Of a DNA stretch of 18,530 bases, positions 15,870-18,530 are shown piece after piece; position 1 is the stretch's first letter, and the number at the start of each line of letters is the position of its first letter. The notes beneath the pieces were generated by a model. The model did no database searches. It saw only the letters and a list, made by a program, of their open reading frames with translations, and was not told where the DNA came from. This DNA is from a virus: UHGV virus genome UHGV-0075052, one strand, 5' to 3'. Made by a program: the position numbers and the translations under genes.

Positions 15870-16193
15870 ATGAAGATGCCAGAAAAAAATGACCTGTTAG
15901 CCGCCATTCTCGCGGCAAAGGAACAAGGCATCGGGGCAATCCTTGCGTTTGCAATGGCGTACCTTCGCGGCAGATATAATGGCGGTGCGTTTACAAAAAC
16001 AGTAATCGACGCAACGATGTGCGCCATTATCGCCTGGTTCATTCGTGACCTTCTCGACTTCGCCGGACTAAGTAGCAATCTCGCTTATATAACGAGCGTG
16101 TTCATCGGCTACATCGGTACTGACTCGATTGGTTCGCTTATCAAACGCTTCGCTGCTAAAAAAGCCGGAGTAGAAGATGGTGGGAATCAATAA
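15870..16193 (+). CDS. S: Holin, lambda S-type with dual start (antiholin/holin)
   Basis: 107 aa starting MKMPEK (Met1 and Met3 dual-start motif); three hydrophobic segments; matches lambda S as recalled. Confidence 0.9.
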   Translation: MKMPEKNDLLAAILAAKEQGIGAILAFAMAYLRGRYNGGAFTKTVIDATMCAIIAWFIRDLLDFAGLSSNLAYITSVFIGYIGTDSIGSLIKRFAAKKAGVEDGGNQ

Positions 16194-16653
16194 TCAACGT
16201 AAGGCGTTCCTCGATATGCTGGCATGGTCAGAGGGAACTGATAACGGACGTCAGAAAACCAGAAATCATGGTTATGACGTCATTGTAGGAGGAGAGCTAT
16301 TCACTGATTACTCCGATCACCCTCGCAAACTTGTCACGCTAAACCCCAAACTCAAATCAACAGCCGCCGGACGCTACCAGCTTCTTTCCCGTTGGTGGGA
16401 TGCCTACCGCAAGCAGCTTGGCCTGAAAGACTTCTCCCCCAAAAGCCAGGACGCTGTGGCATTGCAGCAGATTAAAGAACGTGGCGCTTTACCGATGATT
16501 GATCGTGGTGATATTCGTCAGGCTATTGATCGTTGCAGTAATATTTGGGCTTCATTGCCCGGTGCTGGCTACGGTCAGTATGAACACAAGATCGATAGTC
16601 TGATTGCCAAATTCAAAGAAGCTGGCGGGGTGGTTAATGAAACTTCGCTATAA
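16177..16653 (+). CDS. R: Endolysin, lambda R-type lytic transglycosylase
   Basis: 158 aa; ...[36 protein letters not shown]... matches lambda R as recalled. Confidence 0.9.
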   Translation: MVGINNQRKAFLDMLAWSEGTDNGRQKTRNHGYDVIVGGELFTDYSDHPRKLVTLNPKLKSTAAGRYQLLSRWWDAYRKQLGLKDFSPKSQDAVALQQIKERGALPMIDRGDIRQAIDRCSNIWASLPGAGYGQYEHKIDSLIAKFKEAGGVVNETSL

Positions 16654-17098
16654 GCTGGTTATTTCTGCTTTTCTCCTGACTTTATTCGGTTCTCTCGTCT
16701 GGTCAGCTAATCATTACCACAATAAAGCCATTGAATACAAAAAACAGCGCGACGAAAACGCTATGGCATTAGATTCGGCTATGTCGACGATCTCTGATAT
16801 GCAGAAGCGTCAACGTGACGTAGCAGAACTCGATGCCAGATATACAAAGGAGCTTGCTGATGCTAACGCGACTATCGAAAGTCTCCGTGCTGATGTTTCT
16901 GCTGGTCGTAAGCGCCTGCAAGTCGCCGCCACCTGTGCAAAGTCAACGACCGGAGCCAGCGGCATGGGCGATGGAGAAAGCCCAGGACTTACAGCAGATG
17001 CTGAACTCAATTATTACCGTCTCCGAAGTGGAATCGACAAGATAACCGCGCAGGTTAACTACCTGCAGGAATACATCAGGACGCAATGCCTGAAATAA
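16637..17098 (+). CDS. Rz: Rz i-spanin
   Basis: 153 aa from [23 protein letters not shown] (N-terminal TM segment) with coiled-coil periplasmic domain; overlaps the R stop. Confidence 0.85.
   Translation: MKLRYKLVISAFLLTLFGSLVWSANHYHNKAIEYKKQRDENAMALDSAMSTISDMQKRQRDVAELDARYTKELADANATIESLRADVSAGRKRLQVAATCAKSTTGASGMGDGESPGLTADAELNYYRLRSGIDKITAQVNYLQEYIRTQCLK
16860..17045 (+). CDS. Rz1: Rz1 o-spanin (outer-membrane lipoprotein) embedded in Rz in the +1 frame
   Basis: MLTRLSKVSVLMFLLVVSAC...: signal peptide with lipobox VSAC, Pro-rich mature region (KSPPPVQSQRPEP); AAGGAG SD 8 nt upstream of ATG 16860. Confidence 0.75.
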   Translation: MLTRLSKVSVLMFLLVVSACKSPPPVQSQRPEPAAWAMEKAQDLQQMLNSIITVSEVESTR

Positions 17099-17129
17099 TT
17101 TTTTTGCAAATCACAAAGTCCATTTAATG

Positions 17130-17153
17130 AGCCTCGCGATGCGGGGCTTTTTT
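17130..17153 (+). terminator. Rho-independent terminator after the lysis cassette
   Basis: GCCTCGC-gat-GCGGGGC hairpin followed by TTTTTTAT. Confidence 0.55.
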
Positions 17154-17300
17154 ATGTCCGCAGTAAACGCGCTTCACACGCGCGACTTATGAACACAGAA
17201 CCTTTCAGGATGACCCTTGAGGATGCCGGTTTGGTAATCGGTGCCTTTCTGTGGGCCGGAATCCTGTGTGACAAGGTTCATCACTAAAAGGTAATCACCG

Positions 17301-17843
17301 ATGAATTATCCAACTATCGTTGACGGCATTGATTTCAAAGAACTGGTTTTTATTACCAACAATGACCCTGTCACCGATTCATTTATGGTGGCGAAAGCAT
17401 TTCGTAAGCGACATGACAACGTTGTGCGTGATGTAGAAAGAACTATCGCTGCTTGTCCTGAAGAGTTTGATACAAAACTCAATTTTGAGGTTTGCTATAA
17501 AAACAATGAGTTACAGAATGGTAAGCCACAAAAATTCTATCGGCTACGTAAGGATGGGTTGATGCTTTTGGTTATGTCCTACACCAAAAAAGAAGCAATG
17601 CGTATCAAAATTGCTTACATCAACGCATTCAACTGGATGTACGCCATGCTTCAGGTTGGTCATCGTCAATTTGAAGAAGAGAGAAATGCCGTAATGCTGG
17701 AGTACATGAAAGAGAAGGATGTTGCCAGCATGTCAGGCCGCCTGCTTAATCGCTGGGGAAAAATTAAGAAGCCTCAGCTACTGGCGAGAATTGAACGCCT
17801 TGAACAGCACGGGCAAACCGTAATCCCCGGACTCACCAATTAA
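17301..17843 (+). CDS. Rha-family phage regulatory protein
   Basis: 180 aa; N-terminal region (ELVFITNNDPVTDSFMVAKAFRKRHDNVVRDVER) has the character of the Rha domain. Confidence 0.75.
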   Translation: MNYPTIVDGIDFKELVFITNNDPVTDSFMVAKAFRKRHDNVVRDVERTIAACPEEFDTKLNFEVCYKNNELQNGKPQKFYRLRKDGLMLLVMSYTKKEAMRIKIAYINAFNWMYAMLQVGHRQFEEERNAVMLEYMKEKDVASMSGRLLNRWGKIKKPQLLARIERLEQHGQTVIPGLTN

Positions 17844-18129
17844 CGGCAGTACCACGAAACAACCCAAGCCAGTAAGTGGGGAAATAACACTGGCAGCCAC
17901 TGAAAGATGAAGCTCCTGCCTTAAGGCAAAAAAGATTCTTTGTGGTGGCGGACTGATGGAAAGACATCGGTTATTGCAGAGGCCATTCAATGAGTGGTCT
18001 CGACAATGGCTTATACCCTACACGGGATAACTTAACTGATATCCCTTTTAACGGATAAATGGAGCCAATAATGGCAGAGAATGTCGGCATTATGGCAGTG
18101 AAATTTGGATAAATCGGAGATTAGTACAT

Positions 18130-18480
18130 ATGCCGCCACGAATCCCAAAAGCCTGCCGTGTTCGCGGCTGCCGCCATACCACTACTGACCCGTCAGGCTA
18201 CTGCGAAAGCCACAAAAGCGAAGGCTGGAAGCAATACAAGCCAGGCCAGTCCCGACACCAGCGCGGTTATGGTTCGAAATGGGATGTTATCCGTGAACGT
18301 GTGCTCAAGCGTGACAAAGGCCTGTGTCAGTTGTGCCTGCGTGCTGGTGTGGTGCGTGAGGCGAAGACCGTTGACCACATCATCCCTAAATCGCATGGCG
18401 GCACTGATGTCGACAGTAATCTGCAGAGTTTGTGCTGGCCGTGTCATAAGGCGAAGACGGCCCGTGAACGGCTAAAGTGA
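18130..18480 (+). CDS. HNH endonuclease (phage packaging-associated type)
   Basis: 116 aa; HNH signature DHIIPKSHGG...N...CWPCH plus N-terminal Cys cluster (CRVRGC...C); typical position just upstream of terminase genes. Confidence 0.85.
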   Translation: MPPRIPKACRVRGCRHTTTDPSGYCESHKSEGWKQYKPGQSRHQRGYGSKWDVIRERVLKRDKGLCQLCLRAGVVREAKTVDHIIPKSHGGTDVDSNLQSLCWPCHKAKTARERLK

Positions 18481-18530
18481 TAATAATTCTCAACTGCCAG
18501 TGGGGAGGGGCGGGTCAAATCCCTGTGACC

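Noticed and set aside
18158-18475. ORFs 18158..18475 (+) and 18193..18447 (-) inside the HNH gene
   Set aside because: Alternative-frame and antisense ORFs within a gene with a clear HNH motif.
1-18530. CRISPR arrays, tRNA or rRNA genes, insertion-sequence inverted repeats
   Set aside because: No regularly spaced direct repeats, no cloverleaf-compatible tRNA segments and no transposase-like ORFs were seen; the only repeats are operators, iterons and terminator hairpins.

Overview
The window is the early and middle part of a mosaic lambdoid prophage of an enterobacterial host (E. coli/Shigella-like), read directly from the sequence without any database search. Left to right: a P4-type integrase (+) convergent with an excisionase (-); a long leftward early operon (6058-7837 region back to 1478, minus strand) carrying N, cIII, kil, a Sak4/SSB-like recombination module, Ea22-like proteins and several small unknown genes; the immunity region (nutL, pL/OL, cI, OR/pR, cro, nutR, cII); replication genes (O-like initiator with internal iterons, DnaB-like helicase); a lambda-like nin region (ninB, ninE, ninF, ninG, ninH, ninI); Q with pR' and a short terminated transcript; the lysis cassette S, R, Rz with embedded Rz1; then a Rha-family regulator and an HNH endonuclease. 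The N protein and both boxB hairpins look phage-21-type, whereas NinB, Q, S and R match lambda from memory. The strongest candidate for an undescribed system is an AT-rich two-gene cassette at 6389-7051, bracketed by terminators between N and cIII, followed by a second unknown gene at 7191-7529; their function cannot be determined from sequence alone. No CRISPR array, tRNA or rRNA was found.
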